From Nitrospirota bacterium (GTDB lineage Bacteria; Nitrospirota; Thermodesulfovibrionia; UBA6902; DSMQ01): a stretch of DNA of 64,000 nt. The DNA lies in contig JACRGX010000002.1 in NCBI GenBank assembly GCA_016212185.1, positions 3,760 to 67,759 on the forward strand, given 5' to 3'. Of the stretch, positions 28,555 through 37,114 are shown piece after piece (within the stretch, counting starts at the first letter, position 1; every line of letters begins with the position of its first letter). A program made the position numbers and the translations under genes. The notes under the pieces were generated by a model. The model saw nothing but the letters and a program-made list of their open reading frames with translations. It was not told the DNA's origin and did no database searches.

Positions 28555-28591
28555 TTTTTTAAAAAAATATGGGGAGGGCTGTGCCCTCCCC
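28555..28591 (-). terminator. Intrinsic terminator downstream of aprA (ggggagggc-aca-gccctcccc + T-run on the minus strand)
   Basis: 9-bp GC stem at 28571..28591 followed by a T-run on the minus strand. Confidence 0.6.
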
Positions 28592-28603
28592 ATATAACAT
28601 CAC

Positions 28604-30607
28604 CTACTTAACCATCTGAACGTATGGTACTTTCTTTAACTCCCATTTGTTAGTCTCTGCATCATACCTGGAGTTTGTAAAGCATTTCCAGTTCGCATCA
28701 TCAATCTTGTTGTGGTCGCCTCTGTAGTAGTAACCCGGATATCTGGATTCTTCCCTGAAGAGGATATGCCTTGCATGCGCCTCTACCGACAGAATTCTGT
28801 GGTAGTTTTCAAAGCACCTTAAGAGCTCATGGAGGTCTTTTGCTGCCATTTTGCATGCATCCTCTTTAAGCATCTCAAGCAGTCTTAAACCTTCCTCAAG
28901 CATGGTCTTTGAGGTCATGTACCATGTGGCTACACCGCCAAAGTATTCATCAGAGATCTTCATCAATCTTGCCTGGAGAGCTTTTGGTCCGATATAGTTA
29001 GGATTGACGCCTGGTTCGGTTGTATAGGTTTTGTGTTTTTCATAAATCTCAAACGGCATATACAGTTCAGCTGCGATTTCGTCAAGAGACAGTTTTGGTG
29101 ATGGCTTATAGCTTGCATTATCAAGGATGTAAGCTATTGCAGCCTTTGCCGCCTGCCTGCCTTCTGCATGAGAACCGGATGAGAATTTGTGGCCTGAGGC
29201 GCCTACAACGTCGCCTGCCATAAAGAGACCGGGTACGGTAGACATCCTGTTATATCCCCAACTGTAATGTGCCGGTGTGCCGGGAAGATCGCCGGGTCCG
29301 CTTACCCAGAATCCCGCGCAGCCTGCGTGTGAACCTAAGAGATACGGCTCTGTCGGCATGATTTCGGAAACAGACTTATCCGGCTCAATATTCTTTGCCG
29401 CCCAGAGAGACGCCTGTCCGATAGCCATGTCAAGGAAGTCTTCCCATGCCTCTGCCTCAAGGTGTTTCATTTTCTTGGCGCCTTCTTTGTCGCCAAGTTT
29501 CTCTTTAAAGGCTGTGCCTAATGCTGCCATAGCCGCAGGGGTCTGCATAAGGATCGGGCCTCTGCCGTCCTTCATAGCCCGCATCATGAGATGGTTTCTT
29601 ATAGCCGTGCCGAGACCTTTTGCATAGTCTCCATATCTGGCAACTGCGTCATCAAAATATTCCTTGTCCGCACAGTAATCGTTGCCATAGCTGTCTGTAG
29701 CCTTTGCTTTGAAGAACAAGAACCAGGCGCCGACAGGACCATATCCGTCTTTAAATCTTGCAGGTACGAATCTGTTCTCCATTAATGTCAGCTCAGCGCC
29801 GGCCTGCATTCCGAAGGCGTATCCTGAACCGCAGCTAAATACCGGGTACCAGGTCCTTCCCATACCTTCACCAACCGACCTCGGCCTGAAGCAGTTGACT
29901 GCTCCGGCAGTCGCGCAGATCATTGCCTTTGCCTTGAAGGAGTAAATCTTATTTTCTCTCGTGCTGAATCCTATAGCTGCTGCCACGTTCTTGCCGTTTG
30001 TGTCCTTTACGGCCTTCACGATGAAAACCCTTTCAAAATGGTTCTGCGCCATACCGGTTTTTTCACGGTTGGTCTGAAGCGCCTTCTTTGCAGCTTCTGC
30101 AACAACAACTTTATAGGATTCGCCATTGATCATTATCTGCCATTTACCTGACCTGACCGGCATGCCGCCGTCCTTCAGTGATGCCTTTCCTGCATCCTTT
30201 GCCTGAAATCCGTCAAGCGAAAAACCGTCATCGCCTTTTTTCCAGATAGGAAGCCCCCACTCCTCAAAGAGCTGGACGCTGTCATCAACGTGCCTTCCGA
30301 GGTCAAACACCAGGTCTTCTCTGATAATGCCCATAAGGTCGTTTCTGACATATCTTACATAGTCTTCAACTTTGTTCTCACCGATATAGGTATTGATGGC
30401 TGACAGACCCATTGCAACCGCGCCGCTTCTGTCTGTTGCGGCTTTGTCAACGAGGACCACCTTCAGTCCCTTTTCATTGGCCCAGCGGCATGCCTCATAA
30501 GCTGCGCCGCAGCCGGCCATACCGCCGCCCATGATCAGGAGATCACATTCAACTTCTGTTACTTCGGGTCTCTTACAATATGAAAATGTACAGGTTTCTT
30601 TTTCCAT
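28604..30607 (-). CDS. aprA: Adenylylsulfate (APS) reductase alpha subunit
   Basis: 667 aa, FAD motif LIMGGGMAGCGAAYEA; sits between sat/aprB and qmoA. Confidence 0.9.
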   Translation of the reverse strand: MEKETCTFSYCKRPEVTEVECDLLIMGGGMAGCGAAYEACRWANEKGLKVVLVDKAATDRSGAVAMGLSAINTYIGENKVEDYVRYVRNDLMGIIREDLVFDLGRHVDDSVQLFEEWGLPIWKKGDDGFSLDGFQAKDAGKASLKDGGMPVRSGKWQIMINGESYKVVVAEAAKKALQTNREKTGMAQNHFERVFIVKAVKDTNGKNVAAAIGFSTRENKIYSFKAKAMICATAGAVNCFRPRSVGEGMGRTWYPVFSCGSGYAFGMQAGAELTLMENRFVPARFKDGYGPVGAWFLFFKAKATDSYGNDYCADKEYFDDAVARYGDYAKGLGTAIRNHLMMRAMKDGRGPILMQTPAAMAALGTAFKEKLGDKEGAKKMKHLEAEAWEDFLDMAIGQASLWAAKNIEPDKSVSEIMPTEPYLLGSHAGCAGFWVSGPGDLPGTPAHYSWGYNRMSTVPGLFMAGDVVGASGHKFSSGSHAEGRQAAKAAIAYILDNASYKPSPKLSLDEIAAELYMPFEIYEKHKTYTTEPGVNPNYIGPKALQARLMKISDEYFGGVATWYMTSKTMLEEGLRLLEMLKEDACKMAAKDLHELLRCFENYHRILSVEAHARHILFREESRYPGYYYRGDHNKIDDANWKCFTNSRYDAETNKWELKKVPYVQMVK

Positions 30608-30627
30608 TATTTTTTCACCTCCTTAAA

Positions 30628-31047
30628 TTATTCTTTCCTTGCCGGGCTATTAAAAAACCCGGGTTGTTTAATAGTTGAGAAGTCAGGCGCCGGTTTTCCT
30701 TTATATGGATCAACGGAACCTTCTACGGTAGTTCTGATGGGGAATTTGAATCTCTTCAGAATTCCATTCCTAAATTTAATTGTCCACATAATGGAGTCAG
30801 TGCCTCTCAAAGGGATGGTACTGGAGCCGAGGGGAACGAAGTCTGAATACCCCCTTACTTCTATAGCCTGCTGAGGGCATATTTTTACACAGTTAAAGCA
30901 CTCCCAGCACTGCTCGGGTTCCTGATTGTAAGCCTTCATCTTTTCTCTGTCCAGGGCCATCAAATCATGAGGACAAATATACTGACATGCAGTCTTATCC
31001 TGCGCCTTGCAGCCGTCACATTTTTCTGTGATTACAAAACTTGGCAT
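30628..31047 (-). CDS. aprB: APS reductase beta subunit (2x[4Fe-4S])
   Basis: MPSFVITEKCDGCKAQDKTACQYICPHDLMALD. Confidence 0.85.
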   Translation of the reverse strand: MPSFVITEKCDGCKAQDKTACQYICPHDLMALDREKMKAYNQEPEQCWECFNCVKICPQQAIEVRGYSDFVPLGSSTIPLRGTDSIMWTIKFRNGILKRFKFPIRTTVEGSVDPYKGKPAPDFSTIKQPGFFNSPARKE

Positions 31048-31170
31048 AATCTAACCTCCTAACTTAAGTTAATTGAGTTTGAAAACTTTTTTATGGTTTT
31101 AAAAACCATCTAATACTGCTTCTAACTTCACCCCCTCTCGTTAATTAATAATTGAAAATTGTTAATTGCC

Positions 31171-32388
31171 TTATTTTATTCCTTCTGAATATTTGTGGGT
31201 CTTTATCTCAACCTTCTCTGTCAGACCTGAATAGTATTCCCTTAATATCTCCAGAACCTCAGGACGGCTGAAGTGGTCGGGAACGGTCTCTCCCTCTGAA
31301 AGCATCTTCCTTAACTTTGTGCCGCTAAGAAGCATCCTGTCTTCCTTGCCGTGGCAGCAGGTCCTCATTGATGACATGCCGTCGCACTTTGTACAGTAGA
31401 ACGTCCAGTCTATTTTCAACGGCTTTGTCTCAAGGGCATCCTTTGGTATCTCATCAAATATCTTCTGTGCATCAAACGGACCGTAGTATTCACCGACGCC
31501 TGCATGGTCGCGCCCGATAATCTGATGGCTGCAGCCGTAGTTCTGCCTGAACAATGCATGCAGTAATGCCTCGCGGGGTCCTGCATATCTCATGTCAAGC
31601 GGATAGCCGGCCTGAATGCTTGTATCCTTTACAAAGTAAAGCTCTGTCAATTTGTCTATCGCCTTTACCCTGACTTCTGCCGGTATATCGCCGGATTTTA
31701 ATTTTCCCAAAAGCTGATGAATCAGTACGCCGTCGCATGTCTCAATTGCAATCTTTGCAAGATATTCGTGAGACCTGTGCATGGGGTTCCTTAACTGAAG
31801 GCATGCAACCGTGCTCCAGCCTTTTGCCTCAAATATTTTTCTGGTCTCAGCAGGCCTCATATAAACTCCCGCAAACTGCTTCGGGAACATTCCCTCGCTT
31901 AACACCTTAACCGTGCCGCTTAAGTTTACTTCTTCCTGCCCCATTACCTTTGCCACTCCGGGGTGTTCCATATCAGTCGTCTTAAAGACCTGCTTGCATT
32001 CATGCGCCTTGTCTATTTTGTATTTATCCTGAACCTTCATTGTGGCCATAAGTTCGCCGGATTCTTCATCTATAAGGGCTATTTCCTGTCCATTCTTTAT
32101 GCTGTTAGCCTGTCCCTCCGATGTGGAAAGCGTCACAGGAATAGGCCAGAAAGTTCCGTCTGCCATTTTATAATTATCACAAACACCCTTCCAGTCGTCG
32201 TGTCCCATAAAGCCCGTAAGCGGAGTGAATCCTCCGATGCCCATCATTATGAGGTCGCCTGTCTCCCTTGAAGCGGTCCTTACCTCAAGAAGAGTCTTCG
32301 CCTTTTTCTTTTCCTCTGCAAGCTCCTGGCCCTCAAGCAAAAGGGGCTTTAATTTTTTTGCTTTGCCGTGCGGATTTACAAGTGACAT
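31171..32388 (-). CDS. sat: Sulfate adenylyltransferase (ATP sulfurylase)
   Basis: [12 protein letters not shown] (QxRN...HRxHE) motif. Confidence 0.9.
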   Translation of the reverse strand: MSLVNPHGKAKKLKPLLLEGQELAEEKKKAKTLLEVRTASRETGDLIMMGIGGFTPLTGFMGHDDWKGVCDNYKMADGTFWPIPVTLSTSEGQANSIKNGQEIALIDEESGELMATMKVQDKYKIDKAHECKQVFKTTDMEHPGVAKVMGQEEVNLSGTVKVLSEGMFPKQFAGVYMRPAETRKIFEAKGWSTVACLQLRNPMHRSHEYLAKIAIETCDGVLIHQLLGKLKSGDIPAEVRVKAIDKLTELYFVKDTSIQAGYPLDMRYAGPREALLHALFRQNYGCSHQIIGRDHAGVGEYYGPFDAQKIFDEIPKDALETKPLKIDWTFYCTKCDGMSSMRTCCHGKEDRMLLSGTKLRKMLSEGETVPDHFSRPEVLEILREYYSGLTEKVEIKTHKYSEGIK

Positions 32389-32423
32389 TTCTCCTCCTTA
32401 ATATATTTTGGATTTTGTTTATA

Positions 32424-32476
32424 CGTTCAAGGTTCTGTTGTCAACCCATTTAAACAACATTGAACTGTTTGAACTT
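32424..32476. promoter_or_regulatory. GTTCAA ... aaccattt ... TTGAAC repeat module upstream of sat
   Basis: cgttcaagg...caacccatttaaacaac...attgaactgtttgaac. Same architecture as 34494..34576 and 52575..52690. Confidence 0.4.
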
Positions 32477-32485
32477 ATTTTTAAG

Positions 32486-33130
32486 TTATTTTCCCAGCAA
32501 ACTGCATACCTTATTGAAAATATCATCAATGCCGCCGGTGCCCATTACCGATTTCAGTATTCCGCCTTTTTTGTAATAATCAATCAGCGGCGCAGTCTGG
32601 GCCTCGTACACATCAAGCCTTCTTTTTATCGTTTCTTCCTTGTCATCATCCCTCTGGAAAAGCTCTCCCCCGCATTTGTCGCACACTGTGTTCTTTTTGG
32701 ACGGGGAAAAATATACGTTATACATCTGCTGACAGCCCCTGCAGGTCCTTCTGCCGGTAAGTCTTTTCATGAGGTCGTCTTTTGGGACCTCAACGCTTAA
32801 GGCTGAATCAAGAGGCATGTTCAGTTTCTTCAGCATTGCATCAAGCGTCTCGGCCTGCGCGGTATTGCGCGGGAATCCGTCAAGTATAAAACCCTTCTTG
32901 CAGTCCGGCTGTTTCAGCCGGTCCTCAATCAGTCCTATGACGACCTTATCCGGCACGAGTTCCCCCTTGTCCATATAAGACTTTGCCTCTTTGCCGAGCG
33001 GGGTTCCGTCTGCTACTGCCTTTCTGAGGATATCACCGGTAGATATCTGTGGGATGCCGTATTTCTCAATAAGTTTTTTTGCCTGAGTCCCTTTGCCGGC
33101 ACCCGGCGCACCTAACAATACAAGTCTCAT
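32486..33130 (-). CDS. adk: Adenylate kinase (zinc-finger lid type)
   Basis: LGAPGAGKGTQA P-loop; CRGC...CDKCG lid. Confidence 0.9.
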   Translation of the reverse strand: MRLVLLGAPGAGKGTQAKKLIEKYGIPQISTGDILRKAVADGTPLGKEAKSYMDKGELVPDKVVIGLIEDRLKQPDCKKGFILDGFPRNTAQAETLDAMLKKLNMPLDSALSVEVPKDDLMKRLTGRRTCRGCQQMYNVYFSPSKKNTVCDKCGGELFQRDDDKEETIKRRLDVYEAQTAPLIDYYKKGGILKSVMGTGGIDDIFNKVCSLLGK

Positions 33131-33205
33131 TCACACCTCCGGAAAAAATATTTTTATATAATCAAAAAAATAGAACGCTGTCTTTTTCACAACAAAACTA
33201 TTGAA

Positions 33206-33234
33206 TTGCAAGGCAGATTGTTGTGTGGTATTAT
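33206..33234 (+). promoter_or_regulatory. Putative sigma70 promoter: TTGCAA, 17-nt spacer, TG-n-TATTAT
   Basis: -35 at 33206..33211 and -10 at 33229..33234, upstream of the DRTGG gene. Confidence 0.4.
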
Positions 33235-33342
33235 CTTTCCAATACCAAAAAAAGTAAGTATAATATGATGAAGTGACGGTATTCAGTCAACATAAAAATT
33301 TAAATTAAAATATAATCTTTGCTTATAAAAACAGGAAACTAC

Positions 33343-33693
33343 TTGAAATTAAAAGAAATTGCAAGACTGCTTGATGCAGAGGTAATATCAGATTCCGCAG
33401 ATCTGGATGCTGATATCATGCTGGTATACAGCAGCGACTTAATGAGCGACGTGCTTTTTTTTGCGCCCCCTGACTGCATACTAATTACCGGACTTACACA
33501 TCCGCATGTGATACGCACTGCCGAGATTACCCGCATAAACGCCATTGTCTTTGTTCAAAACAAAAAACCTGACAGCGAGACTGTTGAACTTGCTAAAAAA
33601 AAGAATATCCATTTGCTTGTCACACCGCTGTCCAAATTCGCCGCATGCGGAAGGCTGTACATGAACGGCATACGCGATTGTTCTGAAAAATAA
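33343..33693 (+). CDS. DRTGG-domain protein
   Basis: LKEIARLLDAEVISDS...CILITGLTHPHVIRTAE...LLVTPLSKFAACGRL. TTG start at 33343 with an AGGAAA RBS is preferred over the TTG at 33319. Confidence 0.55.
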   Translation: MKLKEIARLLDAEVISDSADLDADIMLVYSSDLMSDVLFFAPPDCILITGLTHPHVIRTAEITRINAIVFVQNKKPDSETVELAKKKNIHLLVTPLSKFAACGRLYMNGIRDCSEK

Positions 33694-33696
33694 CAT

Positions 33697-34128
33697 ATGG
33701 CTATTTCTCAATCAATAGAAGGAAGTTTTCAGCTTATCGGAGGCAATTTTGACAATGCCGGCGAGGCGTCAATTAAATTGAAGCAGGAGCTTGCGCGTCT
33801 TGGATTGAATGAGGAAATCATACGAAGGGTTGCAATCGTGACCTTTGAGGCTGAGATAAATGTAATAATTTACGCCGCGGCCGGCTGGCTTCATTATGCC
33901 ATCACACTGGAGCAGATAAAAATTAAAGTGGAAGATATGGGGCCCGGCATTGAAAATATTGAACTGGCGATGCAGGAAGGCTATTCCACCGCGCCGGACT
34001 GGGTAAGGGAGCTGGGCTGGGGCGCAGGCATGGGGCTTCCGAATATGAAAAAAAACTCGGATGAATTTAAGATTGACTCGGTTGTCGGCGAAGGGACCAC
34101 GGTTGAGATGGTGATAAATATTAAATAA
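33697..34128 (+). CDS. Histidine-kinase-like ATPase (RsbW / anti-sigma-factor Ser kinase-like)
   Basis: HATPase_c Bergerat-fold motifs (EDMGPGIEN, G-rich lid). Confidence 0.6.
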   Translation: MAISQSIEGSFQLIGGNFDNAGEASIKLKQELARLGLNEEIIRRVAIVTFEAEINVIIYAAAGWLHYAITLEQIKIKVEDMGPGIENIELAMQEGYSTAPDWVRELGWGAGMGLPNMKKNSDEFKIDSVVGEGTTVEMVINIK

Positions 34129-34147
34129 AGGAATCAGGAGGTGCGCT

Positions 34148-34492
34148 GTGAAACTTAACGATATTGTCAATAAACTGCCTCTGAAAGTTAACTCATACAG
34201 CGACGGGCTTCAGAAAGATGTAAGCGGCGGATATTCAAGCGACCTGCTTTCAGATGTACTGGCAAACAGCAGGGAAGGTAATGTCTGGATTACACTTCAG
34301 ACTAACTTAAATATAGTTGCCGTCGCAAGCGTAAAAAACCTTGCAGGCATAATCATTGTCAGCAGTAAAAAGCCTCCGGAGGAGACACTGAAAAAAGCAG
34401 AGGAGGAAAAAATTACAATTATGACAACCTCCATGCCGGCATTTGAAACAGCAGGGAGAATTTATCAGCTTCTACAAGGAAAAAACGTTTAA
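34148..34492 (+). CDS. DRTGG-domain protein (second copy)
   Basis: GTG start with an AGGAGGTG RBS; SDLLSDVLANS...IVSSKKPPEETLKKAEE pattern. Confidence 0.55.
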   Translation: MKLNDIVNKLPLKVNSYSDGLQKDVSGGYSSDLLSDVLANSREGNVWITLQTNLNIVAVASVKNLAGIIIVSSKKPPEETLKKAEEEKITIMTTSMPAFETAGRIYQLLQGKNV

Positions 34493-34493
34493 A

Positions 34494-34576
34494 TTGTTCA
34501 AACGTTAAAATCGTTCAATTTATCTGCAATGTTCAACCATATTAAACCATTTAAACCATTTGAACATTTTGAACAG
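34494..34576. promoter_or_regulatory. GTTCAA x3 ... aaccattt x2 ... TTGAAC x2 repeat module upstream of the PHP gene
   Basis: tgttcaaacg..cgttcaattt..tgttcaacc..taaaccatttaaaccatttgaacattttgaaca. Confidence 0.4.
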
Positions 34577-34632
34577 ATTAAACTAAACGAATATTTTTAA
34601 AACTTGCAAACAGTTCACTGGAATAAAAAATC

Positions 34633-35382
34633 ATGGAAACGCTCCGGACATTCAAGGCTGACCTGCACATCCATACATGCCTGTCTCCGTGCGCTGACAT
34701 CGGCATAACGCCTTCAACAATTGTGAAACGGGCAATTGAAAAAGGCATAGACATCATTGCCGTCACGGACCACAATTCCGCTGAAAATACTGCGGCGGCA
34801 AAAAAAGCCGCAGAAGGCACAGGGCTTACGGTCCTTGCCGGAATGGAAATCGCCTCTTCGGAAGAGGCTCACATTTTGGCGCTCTTTGATGACATTGAAG
34901 GCATCATGAGACTTCAGGATATAGTTTATATGAATCTGATGCCCGGAAAAAATGACGAAAAGAGATTCGGCTATCAAATAGTCGCGGATGAAAATGACGT
35001 AGTGCTGGGTTTCAACAAACGCCTGCTTATAGGAGCCGCATTACTGACCGCCCATTCAATAGTAAAAATAATTCATCTGTTCGGAGGGCTTGCAATAGCA
35101 TCGCATATTGACAGGAGTTTTTTCAGCGTCATATCCCAGTTCGGCTTCATCCCCGAGGATATAAAATTTGATGCGCTGGAGATATCTTTCAGGCTGTCAC
35201 GGGAAGAGGCCGAGAGAAAATTCAGGGAATATAACCATATCCCGTGGATATCAGCGTCTGATTCGCATAGGATAGACGACATCGGCGCAAGGACCTCAAC
35301 ATTTTTCATAAAAGAACCTACAATAGCCGAGCTATCTTCCGCCTTTAAAAATATTGACGGAAGAAAAGTGGAGTGGGGGTAG
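34633..35382 (+). CDS. PHP-domain metal-dependent phosphoesterase
   Basis: DLHIHTCLSPCADI...IIAVTDHNS. Confidence 0.75.
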   Translation: METLRTFKADLHIHTCLSPCADIGITPSTIVKRAIEKGIDIIAVTDHNSAENTAAAKKAAEGTGLTVLAGMEIASSEEAHILALFDDIEGIMRLQDIVYMNLMPGKNDEKRFGYQIVADENDVVLGFNKRLLIGAALLTAHSIVKIIHLFGGLAIASHIDRSFFSVISQFGFIPEDIKFDALEISFRLSREEAERKFREYNHIPWISASDSHRIDDIGARTSTFFIKEPTIAELSSAFKNIDGRKVEWG

Positions 35383-35386
35383 AGAC

Positions 35387-35518
35387 TTGGGGTCAGGTCT
35401 TCATTCTTCACTTAATCCCCCTTCCAAAACAAATAAATATGACGGTTCTATTTTTTTATTTCTTTCCATCTTTTAAAACCCCTTTTCCATCCTCTCCCTA
35501 CCTCTCTGACAGAAAAAT
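35387..35518. repeat. About 135-nt conserved intergenic element, copy A (second copy at 46827..46962)
   Basis: ttggggtcaggtcttcattcttcacttaatccccc...ccaaaacaaataaatat...ctgacagaaaaattatttatata; about 85% identical to copy B. Confidence 0.6.
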
Positions 35519-35622
35519 TATTTATATAGTTAGGCGCTATAAAATCTTTATAATACTGCCCGTTAATTTCTTTTGTAGCCATGAAAATCATATTCTGCTA
35601 TAATCCGTTTTAAAAACCGAGT

Positions 35623-36156
35623 ATGGAAGACCTTTCATTACACATTCTTGACGTCATAGAAAATTCAATAAACGCTGACGCGACAAAAATCCGGCTGACG
35701 ATAACTGAAGACACCGGCAAAAATCTCTTCAGCGTGGAAATAGCCGATAACGGCAGGGGAATGGATGAGAAAACAATAAAAATGGCTTATGACCCCTTTT
35801 TCACGACAAAAGCAAAGCGCACAGGGCTTGGCATCCCGTTTTTAGCAGATGCGGCAAGAGAAGCCGGCGGGGATATTTCCATCAAATCGGAAAGGGGCCA
35901 GGGCACAACCATCACCGCAAATTTCCGGCATGACCACATTGACAGAAAACCACTTGGAGAAATTGAAAAAACCATAATGGTTTTAATCGCCGCCAGTCCT
36001 CACATTGACTTCACATTTGAATTCAAAAGAAATGACAAAACCTATATAATTGATACGGCAGAAATTAAGGAAAAAATGGGGGATGTTCCTGTGAATGACC
36101 CTGAGATAATAAATTTTATTAAAGACGGTATAAGGCAGTGGCTAAAAGATACATAG
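35623..36156 (+). CDS. Stand-alone HATPase_c-domain protein
   Basis: IENSINADATKIRLTI...VEIADNGRGMD...GLGIPFLADAAREAGGDISIKSERGQGTTI. Confidence 0.55.
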   Translation: MEDLSLHILDVIENSINADATKIRLTITEDTGKNLFSVEIADNGRGMDEKTIKMAYDPFFTTKAKRTGLGIPFLADAAREAGGDISIKSERGQGTTITANFRHDHIDRKPLGEIEKTIMVLIAASPHIDFTFEFKRNDKTYIIDTAEIKEKMGDVPVNDPEIINFIKDGIRQWLKDT

Positions 36157-36221
36157 GATATGATAATATATAACCTCAATAAGTCCCGTCATTCCGGTTT
36201 ATAAAAAGTTAGAAAGGGCTG

Positions 36222-36992
36222 ATGATGGAAAAAGGTAAAATCCTTGTACTTGATGATGACCCTATTGTAAGCCTGAGCTGTAAAAGGATATTAGGCGCAG
36301 AAGGCTACAATATAACTACAGTTGAAAGAGGAGAAGCCGCACTCAATAAAATATCCAAAGAGGATTTTGATCTGGTAATCGCTGACGTCAGGCTCCCTGA
36401 CATCAGCGGCCTGACCGTGCTTAAAGAGTCCCGCATAATCAAGCCTGAGACCGATGTCGTAATAATCACAGGTTACCCTACTCTTGAAGATGCAAAAGAA
36501 TCCATAACGTTAGGTGCCTCGGAATACATTGAAAAACCTTTTACGCCTGATTTCATGATAAATATAGCCAAGAAAGTCTTTGACACCAAAGGCTGGATAC
36601 TGAGGCAGGCATTTATTAATGACTTCAGGAATTACACAGTTCCCTCAAGGGACACGGAAAATCCCGTAATATTTTATAAAGAAGGCACATGGGCAAGACC
36701 GATTGATAATAACTTATGGGAGATAGGCTGTGACCTGAGATACTGGATTCTGACGGGCAATCTCATGTATGTTGATTTTATAAAAGACTTGGAAAAATTC
36801 ACGGCAGGCGAGCCCTTTGCAAGGATTTACACAGGCACAGGCCAAAGCAGCGAGCTCATGGCGCCGATGAACGGAGAACTTAGAGAGATAAATACAAAGG
36901 TCAATGATGTCATGGCAGTCTTATTGCAGGAACACCTTTCAGAGGGCTGGCTCATATGGCTGGCAAGGGTGTTTCCGTTGAGCACAGAGTAG
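36222..36992 (+). CDS. Response-regulator receiver domain fused to a GcvH-like (non-lipoylatable) domain
   Basis: ILVLDDDPIV...DLVIADVRLPDISG...KPF (REC). The C-terminus (WARPIDNNLWEIGCD...NGELREINTKVND...EGWLIWL) resembles glycine-cleavage H protein but has no lipoyl-lysine. Confidence 0.55.
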   Translation: MMEKGKILVLDDDPIVSLSCKRILGAEGYNITTVERGEAALNKISKEDFDLVIADVRLPDISGLTVLKESRIIKPETDVVIITGYPTLEDAKESITLGASEYIEKPFTPDFMINIAKKVFDTKGWILRQAFINDFRNYTVPSRDTENPVIFYKEGTWARPIDNNLWEIGCDLRYWILTGNLMYVDFIKDLEKFTAGEPFARIYTGTGQSSELMAPMNGELREINTKVNDVMAVLLQEHLSEGWLIWLARVFPLSTE

Positions 36993-37114
36993 TGCGTTCA
37001 TAGCGCCTGCCTGCCGGTAGGCAGGTTCATAGCGTTTATTGCGTAAAGCGTAACAGGGAAATACACATTACTCATTACGGATTACGCATAACGGTTTTTT
37101 ATAAGGGAGAACTT

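Noticed and set aside
31048-31170. Terminator between sat and aprB
   Set aside because: Only an AT-only palindrome (atggttttaaaaaccat) with no GC stem is present; sat and aprBA are more likely cotranscribed.
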